A DNA stretch of 63,804 nt, the filler included, from Perkinsus chesapeaki ATCC PRA-425 (Eukaryota > Protista > Perkinsozoa), in NCBI GenBank assembly GCA_013115145.1. It is 6 parts of 6 records of this genome, joined end to end, with 100 filler letters (N's around TTAATTAATTAA, not from the genome) between each part and the next. Parts side by side here need not be neighbours in the genome. Positions count along the whole stretch, not along the records: positions 1 to 19,182 come from JAAPAO010000645.1; positions 19,283 to 42,621 come from JAAPAO010000563.1; 4 more parts are not named here. One strand, given 5' to 3'. Within the stretch, counting starts at the first letter, position 1. Every line of letters starts with the position of its first letter. The notes beneath the pieces were generated by a model that worked only from the letters and a program-made list of their open reading frames with translations, had not been told where the DNA came from and did not search any database. Position numbers and translations under genes: made by a program. Of the stretch, positions 12,401 through 23,309 are shown in pieces.

Positions 12401-14084
12401 AGGAAACGGATGTTGCTTCCAAGGTGCCGCCGCGATTTAGCTAATTTCGGCTTCTTCGAAACATTAGCGCTCGCCTGCAGGTTGATACCAGCATAGTGAT
12501 CGGTACCTACCCGTTCCGCGATCAAGACGTTTACCAACTGGTTGAGGATACCCTTGTACAGCAATGGATACCGGAGTATACACGGTAGGATCGGACCGCG
12601 CGCCACGAAATTAAACGGGCTCAGACATCATCGCGCCAGCAGCTCCAGTGTCTCGTCGCCGTTGAGGCAACGATCGAGCTCTGACTGTGTGGCGATTGAT
12701 GTGATAGGAAATATAGGAAATTGTGGTCGAAAGTGGGTCATGTGTGCCGGGATCGAACCAGGGTCGTCCGTATGATAAACTTGTTCTGTTTAGGTCTTCT
12801 CAAGACGCCGGTGAACAAGCAGCTGATGGTAGGTCAGCTGTTAGCTGCATCATTTTTCATACCAAAATTTCTTCTCATTTCAGATAAGACATGCCAGGAT
12901 ACTTTCAAGCACTCTAATATAACGTAACCCCTTTGGAGTTTAGGTGAGTGCTTGACTGGTGTTTTTAGGCACCGCAATGGCAGCTGGCATTCTGGCAACC
13001 CTCTCAATCTGGACCCTCCAGTACTGGTAAGATCACCGTTACGCTCAATAATATGCTCTAACTGCTCCATTGGTTTGGCGATTTTAATATTGTTTTCTAT
13101 ATACTTATGGTGCATGTACTTATGTGTATTATTATGATTCGTATGGCTCTGGAGATGTTTTACTGTGGGCAGTAGCTTTGCTACTTCAGAGCCACTGAGC
13201 CGCAATCAAAGTGTGGGCTTATTCGAGTATCTCACGTTATGGCTTAATAGGACTGGAAAGTAGGTTTTCACATCAGCATTGTGAAGAAGAACTAATATTC
13301 ATTATACTACAGTTTAGAATACTTAATATAGTAATAATAATATATAACGATAGATAATATGACTTCATTATTATACTAGTACCATATATACTGTGATATA
13401 GTATAAGCTTTAACTGGCAAATGCCCATTTGTGAGTGGCATATGTGAATAAAAGCCACCTCCTTGTTCATTCAGGGACCATCCACATCATCACCCTGTTT
13501 GGATGAAGCATCTCCAACTGAGGCTGTTAAGGACGAAGTCCGTCGACTACATGAATCTTATTACTCTGTAGCCGTGAGCCAGTATAAAGTGTCAAAGGCC
13601 AAGTAAGCATCAGCAGCAGAGCGAGAAGTTCGTTATTATCAGGCAACTTGAGCATTAGCCGTTGCGAGAGTATCGTTGTTAGGGTTTTTTACATGCCTAC
13701 AGTGTCGTATCTGGAGAGTGATTTTTTGCATTAGTTTGTTTCTTTAAATAGAAGTGATAAAGACTATTATTCTAGATTGTACTTCGAAACGTGTTTGAGG
13801 CTCAAACTTTGAGCCCTCTTGTGTCCTCTATTTGCTTGCATTCCTGTGCTCTGAGGAATATATTACTACTATATTCTACCGCTCCTCCATCTGCTAATAA
13901 GGCACTTGATCTCTCCGGCTTCCTTCCTGTTTGAGGTCTTCATACCGTTTTCTTCAGATATTCTATCCCAAATACCTATCAAGTAGCGAATCTCATCCAC
14001 AACATTGCCACCCATTTGCCCGAATCCAGTTGCGATGGCTCCTCGGATGGTAACAGCTCCGTCGCACCCGTGAAGACACCGTGA
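6469..14084 (+). CDS. TPS1: Trehalose-6-phosphate synthase / phosphatase-like fusion (GT20 + HAD-like domain), >25 exons
   Basis: Spliced motifs: RLISVANRLP, SSGGLVSAL, WIGWPG, YYNGFCNNTLWPLFHY, QDYHLML, HTPFPSAEIYRML, GVDRLDYIKGIPHKLKAF, DGMNLVAFEY, SEFAGAAQSL, INPWN; TPP half with ENGC, ERTPGSYIDRTE and final exon KYSIPNTYQVANLIHNIA...VKTP* (13958-14084). Exon phases checked at several junctions. Confidence 0.95.
9476..9552 (+). mobile_element. tRNA-derived (SINE-like or pseudo-tRNA) sequence filling a 77-nt intron
   Basis: A-box-like TGGCCTAGTCGTTAG and B-box GGTTCGATCCC in tRNA-like order and spacing between gtaag and ctcag; stems are degenerate, so not a functional tRNA. Confidence 0.55.
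11145..11186 (+). mobile_element. tRNA 3'-half-like sequence forming a 42-nt intron
   Basis: gtaaaacGTCGCGGGTTCGATCCCCAGTAGCGGTAtttttag: variable loop, T-arm and acceptor-strand pattern followed by a T run. Confidence 0.5.
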
Positions 14085-14241
14085 CTGCCCCATCATTTGT
14101 GACTACTATAAGATTATCATTGCTTGTTGTTCTTCCACTATCTTGTTCGTTTTCACTTTGCCGGTTGTCTCCAGCACCGTATGATCGCTTTGTGTTAAAT
14201 AAGAATGTCCGAAGCCTGCTAGTGAGTATTATTCCCGAAAA

Positions 14242-15303
14242 ATGGACGACACCGACGATGGCCCGCTACATAACGATAACGTCGAGGCGGAAGTGAAGCG
14301 CCGTAAGCCTCTGACCTGACGCTTCGCAATTATTCGCTCCGAGCCAGGTTCTCGTCTGAGCTGGCCGTACTCGGAGGCCGAATTGGAAGGCTGTATTCTC
14401 AAGTTCCGAAAACACTTCCTGCCAACTACTGTAGGACGGTGGCGCCTTGGGGCATGTGAGCAGCTTCTCGTTCGTTTTAGTCTTCGCGGTGTCGAAGTGC
14501 ATCTCCAAAACGACGGCGAACGGATACTGATGACTCACGGTGGGTGCCTGGGAGGGGTCAGGGTCAACGAGCTGCAATTGGAATTCAAAAAAATGAGTTT
14601 GTGCTTCGCGCCACTTGTGTTGAGCTGTCTACCTCCTGGAGGTAACTCGTAGTAGGAGAGTAACTAAATTACTAATATTACTTGCAAGCATTGTGTTTCC
14701 AGGTCTTCTGACACCTCTAGCTGTCATGGACCCGACCCCACAGATTCTCATTCCATGCGCATGCGTGCTACTGGAGATTTCATTCAAGTCGAACAGCCTC
14801 AGGAAGAAGGTAAGTATAATACTATGGCTTACGACCGAGTGCTTAATGGATCTGTTCAGATCCAGAAGAATTCACGGAGTCTAAGCTGAGCCCGGAGGAT
14901 TATATAAAATGCTATGGTTTCTCGATGGCTAAGGATTGGGAATCCGTCAAGGTAAGTTTTGGAAAAAATATGGTCGAGTTTGATGAGCTAAGGAACTCAT
15001 CGTGATTTGTATATGTAGACGACTCCGTGGGCTGCTCCTTGGACATTCTCGACTAGTAGTGTGCCTGGATTGATACATGTCCATGTGCAGCAAACTCACA
15101 ACCACAGCGTGCTCGGTTGGACACTTGAATTACTTGCATTCTCTTCCGGACTCTCAAGCTGTCTAAATTCTCCGTTTCAGAAGCGTTGCCCTCATTCACC
15201 CTCCAATTCTACAGACGCTACGGTCTCCGGCGAGGAGTCTCCAATGGAAGCCAACGAGAGCGGCGGAGGGGCTGCCGTGCCCGTATTCTATCCATTCACT
15301 TAA
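14242..15303 (+). CDS. Multi-exon hypothetical protein
   Basis: In-phase chain MDDTDDGPLHNDNVEAEVKR|RSRLSWPYSEAELEGCILKFRKHFLPTT|SSRCRS...ELSTSWR|SSDTSSCH...QPQEE|DPEEFTESKLSPEDYIKCYGFSMAKDWESVK|...PVFYPFT* with GT-AG introns; no family recognised. Confidence 0.55.
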
Positions 15304-15988
15304 GTTGTCTATACCGTATATACCAATTATTGCTACCGTTACGGGTTAAATGTTCACATAATATTATTTTTTAATCACGATAAAGCAAGTACTGTTGAAG
15401 AGATCAAACTAGGAGTGGTTGCGTTTGATATAGTAAACGAAAAGTGGAGATTAATAACCGAACACCCGAGAGGAAGTGACGGAATGCTTAACTGAATTGG
15501 TTAAACTGATGCATGTTGCCTCAATACGGCGTAACCGGGCAACACGAATCAGTTATCGTAGGATAATACAGTATTATCTTCCACATGTGGAAACCGGGAT
15601 GGAGGCTAACGCAGCACAGAGTGGCCTGGGGACACGACAAGCGCCCACGCTGAACACATCAGACAAAGTGACAGTGGACGATGGTCAGCTCTTCTAGCCT
15701 GAACAATCGAATACAGGGGTCGCAGGAGGCAGTTCATTGTTGCACCGGTGCATACTTAATACCATTGTCATTGTGTACTTGACAAAATACGACAACCAAT
15801 GGCTATCGAAGATCTGCGGCCAAATGCTAAACCTGCCTACTACAGATCAAGTATTGAGTTTTATAACTCGATTGAGTAAATTACTCTGATAACAAACAAA
15901 CGCAGTGCGTATTAAGTAAGCCCTGCGCATTACGTAACACTCCACTATATGTAGTTGGGTGACTTCCTCATTCTCACATACCTACCAT

Positions 15989-16321
15989 CTAATCGTCGAT
16001 AGTGAAGTTTCGATCGGGACAAATACTATTGAGGTTGTCGATAAGATACTTATAATGAGGCGAATATGTCGCAGCAGCGACGAACGCGCCCGAATCAGTA
16101 GGGTCCCTCTTCAGTCCGATATATTTCTCAGTGTCAGCAAACGGCTTGCCAACATCGCACTGTGCCTCTATACGGACGGTAGGAAAGGGACCAGTGTTAT
16201 GAAAGTAACACGTGACCATAATATAGGGGTTCTGGGCGGATCCTTCATACTTCCCTCCGGGGAAGTCCCACGCAGCACAAATAGCGACTCTTGAGATTAG
16301 TAGGGCTACCGCGAATGACAT
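15989..16321 (-). CDS. Small secreted hypothetical protein (possibly prematurely truncated)
   Basis: Hydrophobic N-terminus MSFAVALLISRVAICAAW followed by PGGKYEGS and a beta-rich body with 3 Cys; intronless. Confidence 0.6.
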   Translation of the reverse strand: MSFAVALLISRVAICAAWDFPGGKYEGSAQNPYIMVTCYFHNTGPFPTVRIEAQCDVGKPFADTEKYIGLKRDPTDSGAFVAAATYSPHYKYLIDNLNSICPDRNFTIDD

Positions 16322-16701
16322 GCTGGGATGTTAAGAGAGAAAAAGCTATTCGAAAGTATGTAGATAGCCAACTCGGTAAGTAGCACTTGCAGAAAGCAAG
16401 TTACTACAATACAGACGAGGCGGCAGTATCAAGCAATAATGGAGCATGGCGCGGCGCCATTGGCGCCTATAGGCCGTATAGTATAGTATAGGGTGAAGGG
16501 GATATTCCACAGCGGAGCAGGTCTTACGGGGCATGAGAAAAGGCCTGTGTAGCGTCTTGTAGTTCTAAACCGAATCTCTCCAGTGATAACTCTAGCGCTT
16601 CGGGGAATCCCGAGAGGAGGAAAGGTAGATAAGCCCCGGGGTCAGAGCCTTTGACTTGAAAGGATTTCAGGTCCTGGGATTTCAGGGATTTCAGGGCAGT
16701 G

Positions 16702-16736
16702 GCATCGCACTGAATCGAGTCGATTCAGTGCGATGC
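16702..16736. repeat. Perfect 17-bp inverted repeat with 1-nt centre
   Basis: GCATCGCACTGAATCGA-G-TCGATTCAGTGCGATGC; preceded by GGATTTCAG x3. Confidence 0.95.
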
Positions 16737-18486
16737 GACAGCCAGCCGCTCGCTCGTATAGAGATGATATTATCGTACCATATCGTATATGGCGGAGGAA
16801 TTAAGTGAAAACTCGCTATACTCAAGATATAAATCAGTTGTCAAGAAGCGCGCGTTCTAGATGACGCGGACTGTACCTCTCATCGCTACTAATATCACCA
16901 TCTGCACTTTTCTATATCATAGCTGCATTGAGTTCCAGTAACACAGTAACAAGTCCCTCCCGAATACGACCCTGGATAGCTCCATCAGAGGTCAGCTAGA
17001 GATGAGGTGAGTAGAGAGGAATGTACGCACTGTCTGTTCTAAATTAGCACTTCGAATGATCACAGAATATCCTAAGGCTCAGGACCTATGAGGTCCGATC
17101 TAAGCATCCACCAGAATCAGCGTCGCTGATATCGTGTGTCAACTAGCACGTACGGGCCAGACTGGCATCAGCATTTGGCATTGGTTATACATCACAAAAC
17201 ATCGCATTTTAACTCACGCATACTCATACCAAAGTCCGAAGTTCGCGAATAAGCTCGCGGATCGCTGCTTAAAACTATTAAAGAAATTGGGTTTCGAGAA
17301 AACCCAGTTTTATATCTTTGTGCTGCATGGAATTCGTGACCCAAACTGCACGCAAGGCTGTCTGACACGAGCTCGCGAATCTCCGCATCACAAATTGTGG
17401 GTCACGACGATTGCAGCAACTGAGGGGTGTAAACGTCGCAGTACACTGTGACCTCTGTGCAAAAGGACCCCGACAGTAGTCCGATTATTGTGCCATTACA
17501 GCACCGCGATACATCCTTAGCATGGAACTATTTCTTAGGAGAACGCGATTACCAGACACCTGGACGGTCCTAGACCTGCTGTATTCTTCGGCGTTCGTTG
17601 GCATTCTGCTCCCCTCCAATTCGGTACAGCATGTACACGTGCAATATGCAAGACCACGGGTGACCGGTTGTGGACTCTATAATATAGAATACCATACAAC
17701 GAATTGTGGTAACAGAAATCATGCTCGGAGTATAGTAACTTCCCTTCCCGCTTGGGTTATCATGTAAACGTTGCCTCACAGGTGTCTGAGGTGTGGTTAG
17801 ATGTTATTTACTTCCGTCATTCGAACTCAACAGCAGCACTCAGGAATGCGTGTTCACATTCGGAATGGACTAGTCATCAGAATTGTGCTGCAGCTTCGAT
17901 GCAGCAGCAAAGCAACTATATCATAATATCGCACTCTACAGCGGCGGCAGGCTGATGAGGTGGGTCCCATTCCCAGCGCCACTGCGGCCACTGAAACTTC
18001 GAAGGACGAACCTCGCGCCACTCGCCGTGATAAGCAACTGACAGTGAGGAAGCTCCGAGTATTAGGCCGCTTCAGCTTACTCTTTTCTGGCTGCTTGATC
18101 TTGCCTTTGAACGTCCAAGGGTATTTAGGCTCCATCACAAACCAGCCAAAGTTATACCTATTTTACATTGCAGCGAGAGGGCGATCAAAGACATTATTCA
18201 GGAATATACACTGCGCAACACATTCTTAGCAGCTTTGGTTTATTTTTATGATATTTTCCGACATGAGCAATTTTAATTTATCCCACCTTGACATGTTCAT
18301 TAGGACAACGTTACCCATCGTAGGCGCGAATTTGACTTCTTATTCCTTCGCCGTTCACAACATCCAGAAAAACTGCCCTTGAAGCGCGCAACACGATCTT
18401 AGCAACCGTTACATAACTATAGTATTCATGAACATACAGCGACGGAGTCGCCGAGCTAAATAGCCCACTTGGTTGCTCACGACTCA

Positions 18487-18950
18487 GGAGTCACGTCCAA
18501 AGGAAAATACTTGAGCGACGAAGACCAAGCCCAAATAGGAAGCCCCGTTCTCGTAGAGAGCGATTTCTATCGCCTTATCAATCAGGAAGTCTGTCGTGAG
18601 CAGGGTACTATCCGGTAGGCCAATTACCACTCCAAAAGAGAAGCCCGGATTGCCCCCTATTAGGGGGCCCCCAAGCTGGATGACCGAGCTCAACGCCGTA
18701 TTGTTCGCTACATGCAGGGCAACATTGTCATCAGTAACTGTGTGGGCTCGATGCTCAGGAGATTGACCCGAGTATTAGTCAACGGTGGAGCTAAGACGGG
18801 TTCTATCAAGTGTATTTGATTGTTTTTCCCGCGTATAAATACATCGTAACTTGATTTTCTCTTTTATGTCGGGAAATATCACAAAAAAACCGAAGTTGCT
18901 AAGAATGTGTTGCGCAGTGTATGCAGGAGGGGACGAGACCTTCATAATCA
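18487..18950 (+). pseudogene. Decayed Tc1/mariner (Tc3-like) transposase, N-terminal HTH region
   Basis: Frame with in-frame stops: SKGKYLSDEDQAQI...INQEVCREQGTIR*ANYHSKREARIAPY*GAPKLDDRAQRRIVRY, resembling the Tc3/Tc1 pattern (LSDxERAQI ... RSxxTIR ... PRKLSxRDERxIVR); a GDETF segment in another frame near 18930 may be the first catalytic DE. Confidence 0.45.
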
Positions 18951-19182
18951 CTATTCCGAAAACCTCCGTGGATCTAGCAGTAAAATCTATTGTCATCGAG
19001 CTAATATTGTGCTTGAGCGTATGAACAGACTCAGCAATGTATTACCGACTCGACGAGAAGCTAGACGAAAGCATCGCCCGCAAAATATGATATATGGAAC
19101 ACGAACACTTACTACACCATTTCAAGATCTAATTAGTAAAAGCCAAGACCAAATTAGTTAAAGCCCAGAACAAATTAATATA

Positions 19183-19282
19183 NNNNNNNNNNNNNNNNNN
19201 NNNNNNNNNNNNNNNNNNNNNNNNNNTTAATTAATTAANNNNNNNNNNNNNNNNNNNNNNNNNNNNNNNNNNNNNNNNNNNN
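19183..19282. other. Artificial contig joiner
   Basis: 44 N + TTAATTAATTAA (stops in all frames) + 44 N. Confidence 0.97.
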
Positions 19283-19401
<119 letters not shown>

Positions 19402-20130
19402 ACCTTTCTATTCCATTGAAGATGACATATTGTCGCTTCACTGTTGAGAACTGATAAAGTTTTTTGGCTGAATGCCTATTCAACTTCTAGCATTGTGTTT
19501 GTTATAATTGATTAATAAAGCCGGCTGATAATGCTAGACTAGCATTGCTAGATAACGTCAAGTCCTCCTATATATAAAGGTAAGCCTAAGAAAGCTTCTT
19601 GAGGGAACATGAGGGTTTGTTGGTGACAAGGGTGCAATTGTGACTGTTTGGTTGTCACACTGTAAAGATTATCAATTTTGGTTCTCTTACTAAGGAACAA
19701 CTCTCTTTTCCATAGTCGTAGAGCCCCTTCCTCTGGAGACTGTTATAATGTGATCGTAGAGTGGCAGCTCCTCCTCCTCGTCCTCGTCCTCGTCGTCGGT
19801 AGTGTATTGCTTCATCTTCCTATTATATCATCCAATACTCTCAATAAACTTAAAGTATTATTTTCATTCATCATCTTGGTGTTCCTGGAGTGTCTTCTTC
19901 TTTTGCATCTCAGAGCCTCTTATAAACCATCTTAGTATCGAACCATCATCTCAGGCCGTCGAGTAGCAGTTGATTGTTGGCAGCAGTGCAACCGTAATGA
20001 CACTATGACATGACAACATTCATGTCGTCACGGTCACTCGTTTGTCGGGGGAAATGGTAAGCGGCTGGAGACTGTTACCCATCGACATTATCTTCTAGGC
20101 AGCCGTTAATATCAATCATTCATAGATCTG

Positions 20131-20535
20131 ATGTTCCCTCGTAAGAAGATCGCATCCGTCGTCGGTTCTACGATCGCCGTTGTATTCCTGCTATGTGGTT
20201 GTGATGTTCACTTACACGGAGAACAAGTCGTTTATGTCTTCGACTGGTATGTTAAAAATCCCGACGATGATCCATTCGTAGCTGACATTGAGGTCCAACG
20301 AGATGGTTATAAAATGGACGTAATCTGCAGAAACGTCTCTTTTCATAGGGGTGACAATTTCAACAACACCACCGATCTTCCTCACTGCATCAATGACCTT
20401 ATGAATCAAGCTGGGATCGAAGCAGGTATTTGGTCAATAGACGCCGGGTATATGTCATACTCTCGCAAGTTCTACATTCAACTTAGGGTTTCAACAGGTT
20501 TCTTCATCAACTCATATCAAGTGCCTTTCCCTTAG
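20131..20535 (+). CDS. Small secreted or membrane-anchored hypothetical protein
   Basis: 134-aa intronless ORF with hydrophobic N-terminus IASVVGSTIAVVFLLCGC; AG dinucleotide just upstream of the ATG. Confidence 0.65.
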   Translation: MFPRKKIASVVGSTIAVVFLLCGCDVHLHGEQVVYVFDWYVKNPDDDPFVADIEVQRDGYKMDVICRNVSFHRGDNFNNTTDLPHCINDLMNQAGIEAGIWSIDAGYMSYSRKFYIQLRVSTGFFINSYQVPFP

Positions 20536-20917
20536 GCGGCTACTAGTCAGGTAAACGAATCGTTATATAAAACAACAACAACAACCGGCGGCGGCGGCGC
20601 CTTGTTCTACTATAACAGTAAAGCGATTGTTAATACTAGTTTTGGACTCTAATGCAATACAGTGTAGTGTTCATAGTCAATATAGACGATGAAGTACTAC
20701 TAGTTCTGAAACTTGACTGCCGCTGTATTGTTAGTATGTAGTTACCTACTGTAACCTCGTTATTCTTTATTATTATTAAATAGTGTTTATAGCGTCAGTT
20801 GATCAGAGTTAAATACCTTACCATTCAGCGCCATGCCAGATAGATCAACGCAATGAGACGAACAAGTGAGAAACACGAGAGAGAGCACGTCAAGGTTAAA
20901 GTCATTTCTTCAATTCA

Positions 20918-22494
20918 TCAATTCATCTTCTTTAATAAAAGGTCTCGCATCAACTCCGAGAGACCATTAACTCCTTTAAATGTTGGGTAATAGTTAACAT
21001 CAACAACGTAATACCTAAATGGGACAGTTCGACACAACAACTACACAATATACTTACTTTCTATCATTAGATCCAATGATAATATCCAACCCGAATAGGC
21101 CCAGGCCCAACTTCTTGTCTACTCTACCAGCAATATCTTTCACCTTCTCCATGTTTATATTAGCGGAATCGGTAGACGGCGTCTGACCGTTTGAAATACC
21201 AGCCATACCGCACAAGTTCGAATCCCATTACCTCTTTAACTACAACTTCTTTCATATTTTGCGAGTCGAATTTCTTTCCAATAGCATCATCTCCCAGACT
21301 AGGTCGAATATCCACTCTCACTTCTTCAGACCCGATCGCAAATACTTTGTAAATTATTCCACCATGTGGCACCTTCATTCCACAATGAATTGTTTAAGAT
21401 GAAGTTATAAGATTAACATTACGAAGTCCTGAGCGCAAACAGCATCTTCAGCGTGGTCCTGACGAAATGTCTGCAACTCTTCCATGGTTGACACGACTGC
21501 CATATGGTGACTGGCAACCGTACCGCATGCCAGACGAGTCTTTAAAATCTGGGGATACCTTAAATACACACTCACCGAGAATCGAACTCAGGTTAAGTGA
21601 TTACTGTAGTGATGGTATATCCTGTTGATCTGACTCTATCAGATTCATCACGGGTACATCTACTCCGGCTGTTATAAATGCCTGTTGGAGATCCCAACGA
21701 TCGGTACCTACCGCCACCAAGGACGAGTCGAAGCAGATGATATCATTGCAGAGCAACAACTGGTAATTAAGAACTGACAAGTCGGCACTGTAGAGTTGCC
21801 AAACTAATTGATAATACCCATCTTAATTCTGGCCGCCCTACAATTAAGATTCTTGTTAGGGAAGTAACGAGAGATGTAAGAGTGTGATTATAACTCGTAC
21901 TGGAGTTGTACATGAGACCTAGGATGATTTAAAGTACACTGCGCCGACTACTGAATAAATTGTGTAGTGATATTTAGGTCATATATTGAATGCTATATAA
22001 GAAGGAAATTCTCCTCCAAAATTGGGGTCACAGGGTAGCCAAGTGACAAAGAGTGGTGACAAAAAGTGATATTCCGAGGGATCCCGAGGGCAATAACAGA
22101 GTAAATATTAACCAGGAAGTATTCTATCAATTTAACGATATGTTGATTTATCATCTTCATCATGATAAATCAACTTATCATATCATCATTCGCCTCTTTC
22201 TCTTGTATAATATTATTCAACCACGACCTGCCCCCTCATCATTACATGCCAATTGGCTGTCAACTGAACACACTTGTGGATTGTTTAGCTTCCTCACACT
22301 TTCAATGACAGTTGGTGCTGAATCAATCCAGTCAGTAATTTTGTCAAGTAACTGATAATAATTGGTAATTTATTAATAAAATATATTACCAGACAGTCCT
22401 CAAATCCAATAACTTGCTGTTGAATATCACATGATGGATCAATACAGACATATTCAAAGTCTTCAGTACTATCATATACCCCCATGGGACACAT
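20918..22494 (-). CDS. ITPK1: Inositol-tetrakisphosphate 1-kinase / Ins(1,3,4)P3 5/6-kinase (ATP-grasp), multi-exon
   Basis: Spliced: ...GFEDCL|LLDKITD..., YPQILKTRLACGTVASHHMAVV, AQDF|VPHGGIIYKVFAIG, RPSL, FDSQ, KLGLGLFGLDII, K|YYVVDVNYYPTFKGV...KKMN*. Confidence 0.88.
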
Positions 22495-22670
22495 GCGATC
22501 GAGCTTTTTACGGCTTAGGAGGAGGAGCACTCTTTCTGATAGAAAAAACGTAAAAACAGAAGACACCGAGAAGCTTGATGATAGTAAAGTTATAAACTCG
22601 AAATAGTCCACTCCGGCAAAAACATGCTCTTCATTTTCTGATAGAAAAACCGAAAAAACATGATAAAAAC

Positions 22671-23300
22671 ATGCGGTACGCTTTTCCCAATAACCGTATA
22701 TTAATTCTTATTGAACATTGTTTATCTCACCTTTTGCATCCTTCCTTGATTTAATAAGGTTCAATAAACCCAAAAGTTGATGAGGATGTCCAGCCCTATG
22801 TTGAGGTAGTTTGCATGCTTCTATATTACTACTAGTAGTAGTTGTGTTATAGTGTTGTTGGTGTTGTTGATACCAAATACACTTGGATGGATCTTTAGTG
22901 GATATGAAATCATATTCACCAATATAAATAACATCACCTAATGAGGATATTCGATAATGTAAAATTTCAAGTTATGACACTTGATACAACTTGATATTCA
23001 ATATTAAAACCAGAACTAAACGTTATTATAGAGTTCGACTTTAAAGTATTAATATACATTATTATTACCAGTAGTATTATCATCATATTTTATATTAAAC
23101 CCTCCCAATGTTATTAAATACTCATCTGGTATAGTAATACTGGAGTCGACAACAACAACAACCATTAGTCAATCCTAACAGAGAATGTTGTCTTATCGCT
23201 TATCGGTGATTTGAGATGGGGCGAGCGCGGAAGTATCGAACGGGTTGATGAAATTAGACAATTTATCTTGAGTAAAGTGGTGGAGGCTTCTTCCTCTTAA
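22671..23300 (+). CDS. Probable short multi-exon hypothetical gene
   Basis: MRYAFPNN|RSINPKVDEDVQPYVE| ... |ENVVLSLIGDLRWGERGSIERVDEIRQFILSKVVEASSS*; middle exons unresolved. Confidence 0.35.
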
Positions 23301-23309
23301 ACTGTTATA

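Noticed and set aside
16660-16696. GGGATTTCAGGG as interstitial telomere repeats
   Set aside because: Only three 9-mer copies, and the period does not match TTTAGGG-type telomeres.
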